From: Kudoa neothunni
Lineage: Eukaryota; Animalia; Cnidaria
Length of the DNA stretch: 64,000 nucleotides
Assembly: GCA_964304625.1 (NCBI GenBank)
Contig: OZ199838.1
Coordinates: 16,661,469 to 16,725,468 of the forward strand
Direction: 5' to 3'
The position numbers were made by a program, and so were the translations under genes. Below, in pieces: positions 1 to 12,512 of this stretch; the first letter of the stretch is position 1; each line of letters begins with the position of its first letter. The notes under the pieces were generated by a model, which saw only the letters and a list, made by a program, of their open reading frames with translations, was not told the DNA's origin and did no database searches.

Positions 1-882
1 TGCGTGATTTATTTTTGCACTTGCTTGCTTATTCGACAAAATGATGAATTAAACTTTATTACTTTATGAATAAATACGAATTATCAGGGGGATATTTTGA
101 TAAGGATTTAAAATAGTAAAATTTACAAACATAAGTAGTTTTTGAGGAAATTTAATGTTAGTTTTTTAATGTTTTCTAGTTGATCTCTGATATAAATGTC
201 CTTGTTTAATAAAAGAATAGATAAAATCTTCACGTGATGACATAAAAACTATTTTAATTGGTTTTTTCATTAAATAAAAAATCTGAAGGAATAAAATATA
301 TTTTTCGTTTAATCGGCGATGTTATTTTTATAATTAATTAAATTAAGACAAATTTATAATTTAATTTAGTTTATTATAATTACTCTCAGTTGCGAACCTT
401 ATTGATTTGATAGGGTGAGGTTAAGCATTCGGTAATCTAATCTTAATTCAAACAACTTTTGTAATATCAGGTTTGTTAATCCAGGAAATATGTTATTAAC
501 TTAGTTTAAAAATGGTTATTGAAATTTTCTTGAAATTCTCTATATTTAAATTGAGATCAATTTTAATTTGTTACAATGAAAAAATAGCTAAGTACAATTT
601 GAATATTGAAGGATTATCAATGGTAACATAATTAATTGAACTCAGTTTTTTTAATTTAAATAAACGAATTTTTTAAATGTTTTATGGGTAACTTAACAGA
701 ATAAATTTTAATAATACATATGTATGTCTGTAATCCCATCAAAATTCAGGACTAAATAAGTTTCAAGCTCGTTTTTATCTAAAAACAAACAAATTAATAA
801 TCTAATGCTTTAATATATTCGATCTATTTGTAACTTTAAATGCTAATATTTCATTGTTATTAATTTGATTTATTCTGGCGGT

Positions 883-1141
883 TTAACCTTTTGAGGACTA
901 CTTTGGGTTCCACTAGCTCACCTTTCTGATTTTCCTTATAAATTTAGTTAACATGTTATATTTGGTATATTTCCACCAAAATTCTGCTTACTTTTCAGAA
1001 AAATATTATCTATCGATCAGTGCAATAAAATGAGTTAAAATTTCAGAAAAAATGTAAAAATAAAAATATAACAAGTTGAGCAACAGAATAATAGAAAGAT
1101 ACACAAGCATGTGGAACCCAAGGTTGCCCTTAAAGGGTTAA
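883..1141. mobile_element. piggyBac-type MITE (~260 bp) bounded by TTAA
   Basis: Left end ttaaccttttgaggactactttgggttccac matches the reverse complement of the right end (ttaaccctttaagggcaaccttgggttccac). TTAA on both sides, no coding capacity. Confidence 0.75.
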
Positions 1142-1395
1142 ATTATACTCAAGCTATGCAACATAATTAACATATTAAATATATCTAGGAATAGAGACAA
1201 AAATAACGATGATAAATACTTTTAAGATTTTTTTCAGACAGAATTAAATGTTAAAAGAAAGATAAAAATTTGAGGAGCTAAAGGATTAGCTACTTGTGGA
1301 AATTTGTTTAAAACAAAGAAAAACATTGAGAATAACACCGAACAATATTTTTACAATCACAAATTATTCATATATAACGTATTAGTCTAATAAAA

Positions 1396-2992
1396 TCATT
1401 TCTGGAGTTCTCCTAAGTAAATTTGGGTGTCACTTCCAGCAGAAAGTACTAAACCGAAAAATCACACGGTAGGCGGTAGACACACAAAGCTTAACATACT
1501 TATTGGTTCGTGGGGATGAAAATCAACATCATTCACAGATCCATGATGTCCAGGAAGTTTATATACAAGTTGGCCGGTAACACAATCCCAAATGTTAACA
1601 AAGCTAAATTTGTTGATATAACAACTCACTCTGACTTGAGGTAAAATTACGTGTCGGCAGATCCACAGGAAAGATATTTGCCATCAGGAGAGAATGAACA
1701 TCTTAGAAGGTTCTTTAAAAAGATAAATATTACACAGAGAATCGAAATCCAACAGAATACTTGTTCAAAGTTATGCGAGTGGCCTGCGAAAACTTTAAGA
1801 CAACGTTCAGCGTTGTTAGTGTATGGATAGATATCCCACATTCTCACTAGAAACAAAAATAAAAATTTCAAATGATGAACAAGTAAATACAAGTGTTATC
1901 CATGCTGTTCGAAAGGAGATATGCACCATCTGGGCTTAACTTGACTCCAGTTATTGTATCACAATGTCCTCTAAGTCGAAGACTCAATTGTTCTGAACGT
2001 ATATCCCAAATCTACAAAAACACATAATCCAACTTGAATGATGTAAAAATTTATTTTTAATACTTTTATATCATTATCAATGCCGCCAGAAACAACTTGA
2101 TTTCCGAAAGAATCAAAACAGCAACTAAGCACCTATGAAAAACAACGAAATCAAGATTTTTAATTAAAAGAAATTTTCTATTACTGGAAAATTGTTAGGG
2201 AGAACTTTGACCGCATTTTTCTCTCTATAATCCCATATCTTTTGGTAAAGTTGAATGTTTACTGCAACTATCGACAAAAGAAACATACTCTCAAAGTATT
2301 ATCATCAGATCCAGACACAACCAGATCATAACCACGGGAATAATAAGAACAACCCATTGACATAGGAATGATGACCTTTGAACGATCTCAACTTGGCGCC
2401 AGTTTCATAGTCCCAGATGGCAACGGTTTTATCGGTAGAACATGAAGCCATTCGTCTAATAAATGTGAAATAATTAAAATAGTATATAATAAGATTTACT
2501 CGCCATTCGCTGCGAAAGCCACCTCGGTGACTGCTCCTCTGTGCCCATGATAGATCGCATAATTTTCACATTCATCGTACACATTCCAAAGTACTTGAAA
2601 ATTTTAAATAATTGACAAATATCAATATCACAAATATTACACAATAAACGTTCCGAACCAGCTGAAACCAACGTTTTACCCTGCGGATGAAAACGGGCAG
2701 TAAAAATTTCTCCCTTTTTTATACATTCCCATTTTTATTCGGTTAAATTGTTTAAATAAAATTACATGATGAGCAGAGAGCAACATTATAGGTGCTAATA
2801 GATTTGAGGTTCTTTGTATGCTCTAAAAGGGAAAAATTACAATCAACGACACAAACAAAACATCAGAAATTGGAGATCTACATTGGAAAGTGTCCGAACT
2901 GTTCCTTCCGACGTGAGTGCTATTTCATTAAAGAATTTAGGAGTTTCATCTGGTTGGTTGGTGACGGGAATAAGCGAATTATCTGGACCCAT
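1396..2992 (-). CDS. SNRNP40: U5 snRNP 40 kDa WD40 protein, 12 exons
   Basis: Manual splicing of 11 GT-AG introns gives MGPDN...RTSNLLAPIMLLSAHHGEIFTARFHPQG...STDKTVAIWD...SGGIDNDIK...HSHNFEQNLLRCSFSPDG...YKLPGHHGSVNDVDFHPHEP...IYLGELQK*, matching the SNRNP40 family. Confidence 0.95.
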
Positions 2993-3021
2993 GTTAGATA
3001 GAACCTGAATTTATCTATACT

Positions 3022-3031
3022 CGCGCATGCG
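3022..3031. promoter_or_regulatory. CGCGCATGCG NRF-1/Ewg-like motif in the bidirectional SNRNP40/SLC25A51 promoter
   Basis: GC-rich palindromic core between two divergent starts. The same motif recurs at 41084 and, as a variant, at 48262. Confidence 0.6.
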
Positions 3032-3125
3032 AGTTTTACGTTAATTTCTGATGCCCCTTGGCGAAACGCAATGCCTCCGAGGAGTTGCTGACGATCCTCC
3101 GCGTCGAAATGCAACCGGTGGTAAT

Positions 3126-3980
3126 ATGGGGTGCCAAGAAACAACCAATCCAGTCACTCATTATATTAGAGGTGGTATATCATCTATGATAGCTATAACT
3201 GTCACCTACCCGTTGAACAAGCTGAGTATGAGACAAGCAATGGATGGCTTTAGTGTGAGGAAAGCGTTTCGCACAATAAAAAAAGAAGGTTTGAGAAATT
3301 TGTATCGAGGACTGTGTCCTCCATTGCTGCAAAAGTCGATGAATTGTGCTCTTATGTTTGGCACGTATTTTACCACCAAACATTATCTCCGTACCACAAC
3401 CAGGTTTGGAGATTTGAGCGAGAGAAAAATAATTCTGTTTTCTGGAATCACGTCAGCATGTTTGGAATCATTTCTTACTCCTTTCGAACGCGTCCAAACT
3501 CTACTCACTTGTCGAACCCATTCGAAATATCTGACTAACACGCGTAAGGTTACAGCCCATATATTTCGATCCAGCCACCCTTTGAAAGAATTTTATCGTG
3601 GCTATTCAGCGGTTGTTCTTCGAAATCTATTCAGTACCACATTGTTTTTTTCGGCCAAGGAATGTTTCGTGAACAAAGATTGCCAATATAATCTAGAGAA
3701 ACGAATTAGCAACAAATTCTTTAAGGATTTTATTCAGGGCGCAATTCTGGGGGCTATATGTAGTACGATGAGCTATCCAATCAATGTTACCAGATTCAAT
3801 ATGCAACGCAGATTCGGTAATGAATATATTTCGTTCGCAGCATCGTTACGCGAGGTTTTGGAAGCAAGAAATTATAATTTGAAAAAATTCTATTCTGGAG
3901 CTGGTGTGAATATTGTTAGATCGCTCATTTCGTGGGGAATTGTTAATTCTGTCTACGAGTTTCTTAGAAATTATAGTTGA
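3126..3980 (+). CDS. SLC25A51: Mitochondrial carrier, SLC25A51/MCART1-like (NAD+ transporter), intronless; alternative in-frame ATG at 3051
   Basis: Three carrier repeats (TYPLNKL..RQ, LTPFERVQTLL, YPINVTR), LYRGLCPPLLQK and C-terminal RSLISWGIVNSVYEFL, typical of SLC25A51. Confidence 0.9.
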   Translation: MGCQETTNPVTHYIRGGISSMIAITVTYPLNKLSMRQAMDGFSVRKAFRTIKKEGLRNLYRGLCPPLLQKSMNCALMFGTYFTTKHYLRTTTRFGDLSERKIILFSGITSACLESFLTPFERVQTLLTCRTHSKYLTNTRKVTAHIFRSSHPLKEFYRGYSAVVLRNLFSTTLFFSAKECFVNKDCQYNLEKRISNKFFKDFIQGAILGAICSTMSYPINVTRFNMQRRFGNEYISFAASLREVLEARNYNLKKFYSGAGVNIVRSLISWGIVNSVYEFLRNYS

Positions 3981-5532
3981 AATGTTTTTTATGTACTGAT
4001 GTATATTTTGTAAACAGGTTTTATTTTATCTATGTTGGTTTGCGCCAGTCATTTATTTAATAGATGATTAATATGTGTGTATTATTTTTTAAATTTGGGT
4101 GTCAATGTAAAAATAAATTCATTAAATTAGAGAGAAATTTATTTTATCCATTCTAGAGTGCAATAACTTCAAGCGCTAGAAGCTAGAAGTAGTCCATTTA
4201 AAAATCGTTATTATTTTCTTTTTTTAGTTGATGCTATTTTAATTCAATCTAATAATTAACATTCACTCAGATTAAAAGTATGAAAATAGAGGCGACGAGA
4301 AGTTATTTCAATGATACTTCAAACATTTTGAAATATTTTAGACAACAATTATTTCTTTTACTTGAAATAAGTTAATAAACTTATTCATCTGTTATTTATT
4401 TAGAAAAATTTAATAAATAACATTTCTAATGTAATGATTATTGTATTTTTTAATATCTAAATAATTCTATAATTGCTATTTTTGTTTTTGAATTCTTATC
4501 AGTGTTTTTGTCGAATCCATACATTAAAGCGTAAATCTACTTTGAAATTTGTTTCAGTTTACCATTCATGCCCTGATTAGATTACCTACTATATACCAAA
4601 ATAACCGTTTCTCCTAATTTTAAGAAAACTTGTTTTCTCTAAACTAGTCAAAATTTCTTTAATTCTCATAGATTTCTACAATCTTTTCGCATCAAAATAC
4701 TTAACTATAATTTTTATTTCAAAAAAACATATTTCAAACTTATGGCTTAAGAGCTTAAAAATATTCTCGTTGAAGTTATTTGTTTCTTAAGGTGGAGTAC
4801 CTCGAAACATTTAATTTTATAAAAATTAAAATCTTTATATCAACTTTATAGTCCGCTAAAATTTTGATGCTTTAAGGTATGGATTCTTCAGTCAGTTCAA
4901 ACACAGGCTTTGAGGTTGTTTTAAAATTTTCAATTGTTTTATATTATTCAAAATATTATACATTTGATTGGAAGAATTCAACCTTAAAAATCCAAATTCT
5001 TTTTTCGACAAACTTATTTTTTGTGGGGAGTCATTAAATTATAATATTTCTGCGCAGTAACAAAAATGTTTTTTATAATTAAACGCCTCAATTTAATATT
5101 GCGACAAAAAATGTACTGATTCAATATTGCAATGCTGTCTGTGATGAGTGTGCGCGAATTTTAATTATTTTCTAATATGCGTAAGTTTTAATTACTACCA
5201 ATTATATTTATTCGAATTTACATTAAAAACGAAGAATCTACTTAAAATTTACTAAAATCGATTAAAAAATCAAAGTTACATTTAGGATCGTAAATTATTT
5301 GTCACGACTAAAAAACATAAATTCATAAAAAAATGTAAACTATAATTTGAAACAATTGAAACAAAGAGGTAAAATATTTATTTTAATACTTTCAGATAAT
5401 CAATTATTGTAACAAATACGCCAAAACTTAAAATGTTTTTAAATTAAACAATAAATAAAATTAGTCTGTTAATTTAATACAATTTGATCAAATTGAAAAA
5501 ACAAATAATACAATAAGATAAATAAATCCAAG

Positions 5533-8500
5533 TTATCTGTCAGGAAAAACAACACTAAAGTTGTTTAGACTGTCATCAGCAGAGACGTGGCTAAGTTGTG
5601 TTGTGGATGTGAGTTTTGGTGTCGGACGAATAAAAATATCTTCGTATGGATTTTGCTGTGTGATCTCGAACAAATTTTCACGTTGAAGAATCAAGAGCGA
5701 ATAAAAATGTTGAGCAACCGATTTTCTACCAGATATATTTGCTGATTTGACGTACTTTTTAAAGTTGACGTCGCTTGAGCTACTTTTATAGATACGTAGC
5801 AGATTTTTTGCCATATCGGCAGTGGTTCGAGACCAAGTAATGTCACCGCTGTCATATTTTTCCAACGATTTATCCAGTGTTTTGTCCAAATCATAAAATT
5901 CAGTTTCATCAGTAATATTATCCATTGTTCCAACTGTGGCAATATTACTCGATTCAAAATTGGTGTTATTATAATCAACAGGAAAATCCTCATTAAAATC
6001 ATAGTTATCCATAGCAGTAATAGTATTCGTATGGTGTTCAGTAAATGTGTCGATGTTTTCATCAACAGCTTGAGTGTGATTGGGCTGAGAACGGAAATGA
6101 GCCGAATGGTAATTAGTGGACAACAGATTGGCACAACGTCTAGCAAGCGGCATCAAAACCGAACTGTTATCTGAAAATAAAAAATTTCATCTTGATACTG
6201 TTAACAAAAGTTGAAATCACTTCTAATAGTCATCAAAGGGATTGAAGAGTTGATAGTCGAATCGATTAGCGAGTCCGGGGGAGGAATGTTTTCTTTTTGT
6301 GGATGAGGTTGAGTAGATAAAATCGAAGAAGGGGAATTAACAATGCTTTTAAAGTTGATAAGGCTTTGATCATCATTCTCAGTAATAACATTCACATTGT
6401 CAACAATCAATCGACGTTTCCTGGACATAGTGGAACTGGAGTTCCCTTTAGATCTTGATTTTTGAAGAGATTTCGAATAGCTATCCAATGAATCCAATTG
6501 AACTTGATCCAGTCTTGAAGGATCGTTTTAAAACTGACATCATTTTATTGACTATAGTTTGATATAATTAAAATAACAATCAGGCCAATGGAGACGTTAC
6601 ATTGGTCTGTCGATAAATCCTCTCCAATGGTAAAATTATTCAACGCACTATCGATAATTTCGTTTTGATTATTATCTGGAATGGTATCAATATCTAGATC
6701 ATCCATGTTGATATCTGTAAATAAAATAATAATTGAATGCATCGACAGATTATTGAAAATACTAGAAAACAAGGATTGATTGGTTGTGGTGAGTTTGTCT
6801 CCCAAAGATGGAAGATCAGTGGTGTCGAAGAGACCAGTATGATCATTTTGGTTAGCCATTGATTGGTCCCTAGCTACTTCATATGATATATCATTTACAA
6901 GCGAAGATGGCTGGTCTGTGAAACGCATTGTTTCTATTTGACTAACGTCAGGAAATTGATTCAAATGGCGGTCTTGTTCAAAATCGTTGAAAAAATTGTC
7001 ATCAAACTCTTTGAAAAGCATCATTTCGTTGAGAAAATCATCAGGAGGTTGGAGAGTGATGTCCTCAGCCCGAGATTGATTTGACCTTAAGATTTTATGA
7101 TTAATATTAATAAAAAATATTCTAATTAACAATTATAATTTTCTCAAATATTATATTACAAATTAATATTTATATGATTAGTAGAGTAATGAAAAGTTCT
7201 TAAATTTAACCTCTACAACAAAAATATAAGTTTATTAATCCAAATAATCCTCCTTTGAATGTAAATTTACGCAAAATAGATGGTCCATCTGCGAAATACA
7301 GTCCAATTTTAGCTTTGTCCTCATAAAAATCAACTAAATAATTTACTACCTTTAAAATTAAATGTATTATATGATGTTTCGATCAATGTGATTGTAAAAA
7401 AAATCATTAACAAAAAACTTTAGGTGTATTAAAAAAGATATTTTTATGCAAGCTAAAAACAAAATATCGCGGATTAGAATTATATGAAAGTGTATCCTTA
7501 CACGAGGTTAAAATTAGATTTATACAGCTCAACAGACGTTCACATAATTTAAGTTTGTGATAAATTATTTCCGCATTTTATAGTCAATAAAGGCTTGATA
7601 AAACAGATAGATTTACTACCATACCTCGTGATACGTTCAAGTTGGGAAAACTATTTCACAAAACAAATTCTCTCTTTTTCTAACATTTGCTTGTTAACCC
7701 ACTAAAAGTTAACTTTTATCTTTTCGGCGCTTTAATATAATTAAGTTTTCCTAATAAATAATTACTACTCCGAAATTTTTCTTTTAATTAACCCTCTAAG
7801 GATTTTGGGGTCTTTTGGACCCTAGCCATAATTAATTTATCCAGTACTACGTACGTAATAATCAGAAACTTTTAAAATTCTATCTAATCTCCTAACTTTC
7901 AATAATGATCATTCTTTGAAAATCTTAAGCCGAACAAATAAAAATGTAGCTATACAAGTATTATTCATTTTGGCCGCATAATTTTAGAAATATGTTATGA
8001 GCTTAATTAATTAATGTTAATTAGAATAAAATATGGTAAACTTTCCTTTATCAAAAAAAAATAAATTTATAGAATTATAAAAAGTAAATATAATCCATTT
8101 GAATATAGTAAATAATGAAATTTAGACTTGCTTAAGAATAGAACCATAAATTGTTTATTTCGCCGAATCAAGCATCGTTATTATTTTTAAATAATAATAA
8201 AAATGCAATATTTTAAAAAATTTAAGAAAAAAAACTAAAATTCAATTATTATAAAGAATTTATATTATATTAGTCAAAAAATTTTAAGATTCGATTATCC
8301 TTTCACCAGTACATCAGTGTAATAAAACAAAAAGTATTAAATTTATAAAGTATTAGATTTTTTTCAATTATAACTACCACAAAATTGCTCTTTTAAAACC
8401 AAAATTTTTTCATTATTCTTATTATAAATATTTTTCAGTATAACAAAATTAAGGTAAAATCGATAACTAAGATCTTCTCCGAAAATTAATCCCCAAATAA

Positions 8501-9381
8501 ATTAAAATAAATTAAATATTTGAGCCGTTTGTGAAAAATATTGCATGATTCAAAATCTGCGCAGGTCAATGTACTATACATAAAAAACCTAACAACACAA
8601 AAAGAATGTGATAGAATTAGCAATCTTAGTTATATAATCTATGAAAATTTGTATATTCAACTCATTATAACTTTATGTTCTTAAAGAAAGTGATAATACA
8701 CAAAAATTTGTACAAATTCATATTTTTCGCGCAAGCGCGAATGCGATGGGATATTATAGATAACAATATTGGCATTGTCGAATGCCACAGAAATATGTAT
8801 ATCATCACAAAAAAATTAATACAGAAAATAAGCGCGTAACTAAAACCAACATAAATTTCTCATCGCACGCTCCTTTGTGTAACTATTTATTAACAACAGA
8901 AGCATCAAATATTGAAATATAAATGCAATAATCCGCATTAAAATGTAAAGAATTATAAAAAGCATACCTGAGATTGAATGTGGCAATGTTAGTTTTGTTT
9001 TTTCTTGATCGATTATTTACATTGGAATTGCTCTGATTTGAGTGTTGTGAGATTTTGAGATTTTGTAGACCTGGAATGAACCGAGAAAATGGTAAGTGCC
9101 TCACTGCAATCATGAAGCAAATAGATAGTTTGTCGTGAGTAAATTTTGACCACACCAAGTAATAAATGCCCAGTAGTTTTAAGAGCCACATTTATCTACA
9201 CCGAAAGAGTTGAACAACCAAAACCTAGTTTAAATACATTGGGTGACAAAATTTTCTCTATAGATTTGACAATGTCAGTCGAAACAACTGAATTTTTATT
9301 GAGTTTTTTATCCCAATGAGCTGCCAACCAAATTCTTGATAGCAACCCATGTGTGGATAATATAAAATCTGCGTAGTGCAT
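5533..9381 (-). CDS. RAD21: Cohesin alpha-kleisin RAD21, multi-exon, with one ~1.9 kb intron
   Basis: N-terminus [27 protein letters not shown]...[11 protein letters not shown]...YLLHDC, then [10 protein letters not shown] and ExxR separase-like sites (ETMR, EVAR). C-terminal winged helix [14 protein letters not shown]...[12 protein letters not shown]. Confidence 0.92.
7788..7822 (+). mobile_element. piggyBac-type terminal repeat inside the long RAD21 intron
   Basis: TTAA-CCCTCTAAGGATTTTGGGG is the reverse complement of the end at 21910-21932. Partner end not found. Confidence 0.55.
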
Positions 9382-9611
9382 TTGTTAACGATCTGTGCAG
9401 ATAAAATAGAAAAATTAAATCAACGTAAAAATCACCAACCCGATCGAATACAATTGGAGCCCCCAAAATCTCCCCTAGGAAGCAATAGAAAACAAACCGC
9501 TAAGCTTCGTTAATCTGCGTCGCGCATTGGGACAGCGTTCGTTTGTTGTTGACTTTGGATCGCATCCGCAGGCGGCGTGGTGTGGTGTCACAACATATTC
9601 AACGAGAAATC

Positions 9612-10551
9612 ATGGATTTTGATATTGGTGGTTGGAGACGTTTTATGTGTTATCTAACAAGATGGGGTGATGTGCCATCGCACGTTGGCATTATTATGGA
9701 TGGCAATCGTAGATATGCCACTAAAAACGGGATGAACCGTCTTGACGGTCATGAAAAAGGCTCACAAACATTGTCCATGGTTTATTTCTAAGTAGTCTCC
9801 AATCGTATTAAAATCTTTTAAAGGTGCTCGCGTGGAGTTACTATTTGAACATTAAAACTCTTTCAGTTTTTGCTTTAAGCACTGAGAATTTAAAACGTTC
9901 ACAAATTGAGTTGGATCGATTGATGAAATTGACAAGACAAAATTTTGATAAGTTATTTGCTGAGAGGTAGTTATTTTAGGTGGCTTTCATTCGATTATTT
10001 TTATTGGTTTCTAGAGAAAAATTAGTTAGATACGATGTGAAGGTTGAAGTTGTTGGTGATCTATCCAAATTGGACGATGAAACGTTGCAATCCATCACTA
10101 ATGTTACTGAATTCACCAAAAACCATTCTAGGTATCTTGTTTTTGTGCCTCCATTGGTAGCTTTAATTTGATTTAGTCTTCATTTGATTGTTCTATTGAA
10201 CTACTCCTCAAAATATGAATTGATTAATGCAATCCAATGCTGTTCAAACAAAAATTACGATTCCAAACCACCCTCGGCAGACAATTTTTACGATGAGCTC
10301 CTTGTTCAAAAACCATTGGATCTTTTGATAAGAACCGCTGGTGAATGCCGTCTTAGCGATTTTCTACTATACCAAGTCGGGCTACTATGCATCCAATAAT
10401 GTCTATTTATCTTTTTTAGGCGTCCCATGCCATGATTAAATTTGTTGATTGCTGTTGGCCCGAATTCACCTTTTTAGAATTCGTCGCCATTCTCCTGGAG
10501 TATAAATTTTTTTTACGATGGAAACACCAACTGCCTTCTCTTCATAGTTGA
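9612..10551 (+). CDS. DHDDS: Dehydrodolichyl diphosphate synthase (cis-prenyltransferase)
   Basis: PSHVGIIMDGNRRYA, FALSTENLKRS, DLLIRTAGECRLSDFLLYQ and WPEFT motifs joined by short GT-AG introns. Confidence 0.93.
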
Positions 10552-11844
10552 CCAAAACTCTAATCTTTTATATTGTTGTAGTGATTTTTTACTTTTGAAT
10601 TTTTCAGGTGTTTTTTTATTTATTGACTACAACAAATGAGAGTTATTTTTTGATTTTCTCTTGATCAATAATAGTGTTTATGTTAATGAATAATAAATTT
10701 TAACAAAATATTTTCGTCATTTTCATCATTTACAGTGAAAAATAAAAACTAATAATAAATATAAAAAATTTCATGTTAAATAGAAGACTTGGTGTAAGAA
10801 TCTAATCAAGGTGGAAATCAAATTATTAGAATAAGGAGAAAAACTTCTTGAGATTATATTTTCGGGTATTAGTTGGGAAATAAAACGGTTAATTAGGAAA
10901 TTTTACGCTACCTTATGTACGTGTAGTTGTCTAAATGCATTAGAATTACAATTAACAGTAGAATTTTAAATATTTTTGTATAACTATATTAATATTAAAA
11001 TAAGTATCATAAATATAAATGGAAATAATTATAATCAGGTCATTTATATTTAACGGAATAAATTATTTTTCAATATTCCATCTTGTTATTCATGGTCCCC
11101 ATATTAAATTAAAAGTTTTTCTTTTAATTTTTTATTATTTTATACACGTCCTAAATATCAAGTTGCATATGTAATACTTCAACATCGGCTTGCGATTGAG
11201 GTAAACTAACTTGCAATTTGCATTCGAGTCAATATCAGACCATAAATTTCTTTTAAATCGAACATTTCATGGAATAACGTATAAATACAGAAAATTTATG
11301 TTTATATGATAATCATAATGACTGGAATGCTATTTAAATATTACAAAGTATGAACATAAATGATTTAATTATTAGTTGGAATTTATCCTTTATATGAATG
11401 ATAGTTTAATAATTTGTTTAGGGGATGAAAAATATGATTACTTTAGTTATCATATCTTTAGATAAAGGTTTTAAATAAATTTCTTTATATCCAAGGGTCC
11501 AATAAATTCTAACATCATTCAGTTGTATATTGGCTGCTTTGTTTCCACATAAATAGTCCAAATATTATATTAGGATTAAGATGGTTAAATTCCAATGAAT
11601 AATAAAAAATTAAAGTTTTATATATTTTAAACTTATATAACATAAAAAGCGACGGTACAATTTTAATAAATATTAGGAAAAACCTTTAAATAATCGTTTT
11701 AAATATTTTTAGAACTTAAGTAACATAGAGGGCTAGGGTCAATTCCGCATAGTATTACACCAAAAATGTACTAAATCACCTTTAAAATATTTTTTTATCA
11801 TTAAAATATTAAATAAAAATTAGGCAAATTTTAACGTATAAGAC

Positions 11845-12065
11845 TGGATTCATTTCCTTGGAACATTAAAATGCCCTCAGCCTATGGATCTTGGTGTTAT
11901 GCGTCATTTAAACCCTAGTACAGATATCCTTTAGCAGATTATCAACTTTTCGCAATAAATCATAAACTTAAGTATAATAAATATTTTTTGAGAGCAGTAA
12001 TAATTAAAAAACTGATTGGGGAATTTACAATTGTTCATCATTGACTATTTTAGCAAATCTAGATT
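11845..12065 (+). mobile_element. pogo/Tigger transposase relic
   Basis: 11878-11910 translates QPMDLGVMRHL, resembling the LQPxDxGVxxxFK motif of pogo-family DDE transposases. Flanks are decayed. Confidence 0.45.
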
Positions 12066-12512
12066 GTGTCAGTGTTATTTCCAAATATTGATTATTATTA
12101 ATTTAAAAAACATATAACATTCTGGCCCTAACCATCTTTATATTACATTTAATAAAATGTTACAATTTTTTATTCTAGATCAAATAGTTAACATTTAGGA
12201 CTCTGCCATTTTTATTTGAACAATAGTTTTTTAAGAAATTACTATTAAAAAATCTTTATTTATTTTACTCCTTAGATCTAGGAGAGATATAAATAATCAA
12301 TAAAACGAATATTTCTAATATTTATTTGTGGAAGAAGGATTCTAATCATTAAAATTATGTCAAAATAGTCAACAATTACATTATTGAGTACCACAGTAAA
12401 TAATCTAAAAATCCATAAGTTTACCACGTTTTTGCACTTCAGCAAAAAAAACTTGAAAGAATTACCAGAAAATTCCAGTTTTTTATGTAAAATAAAGATT
12501 AATATGATTTTT

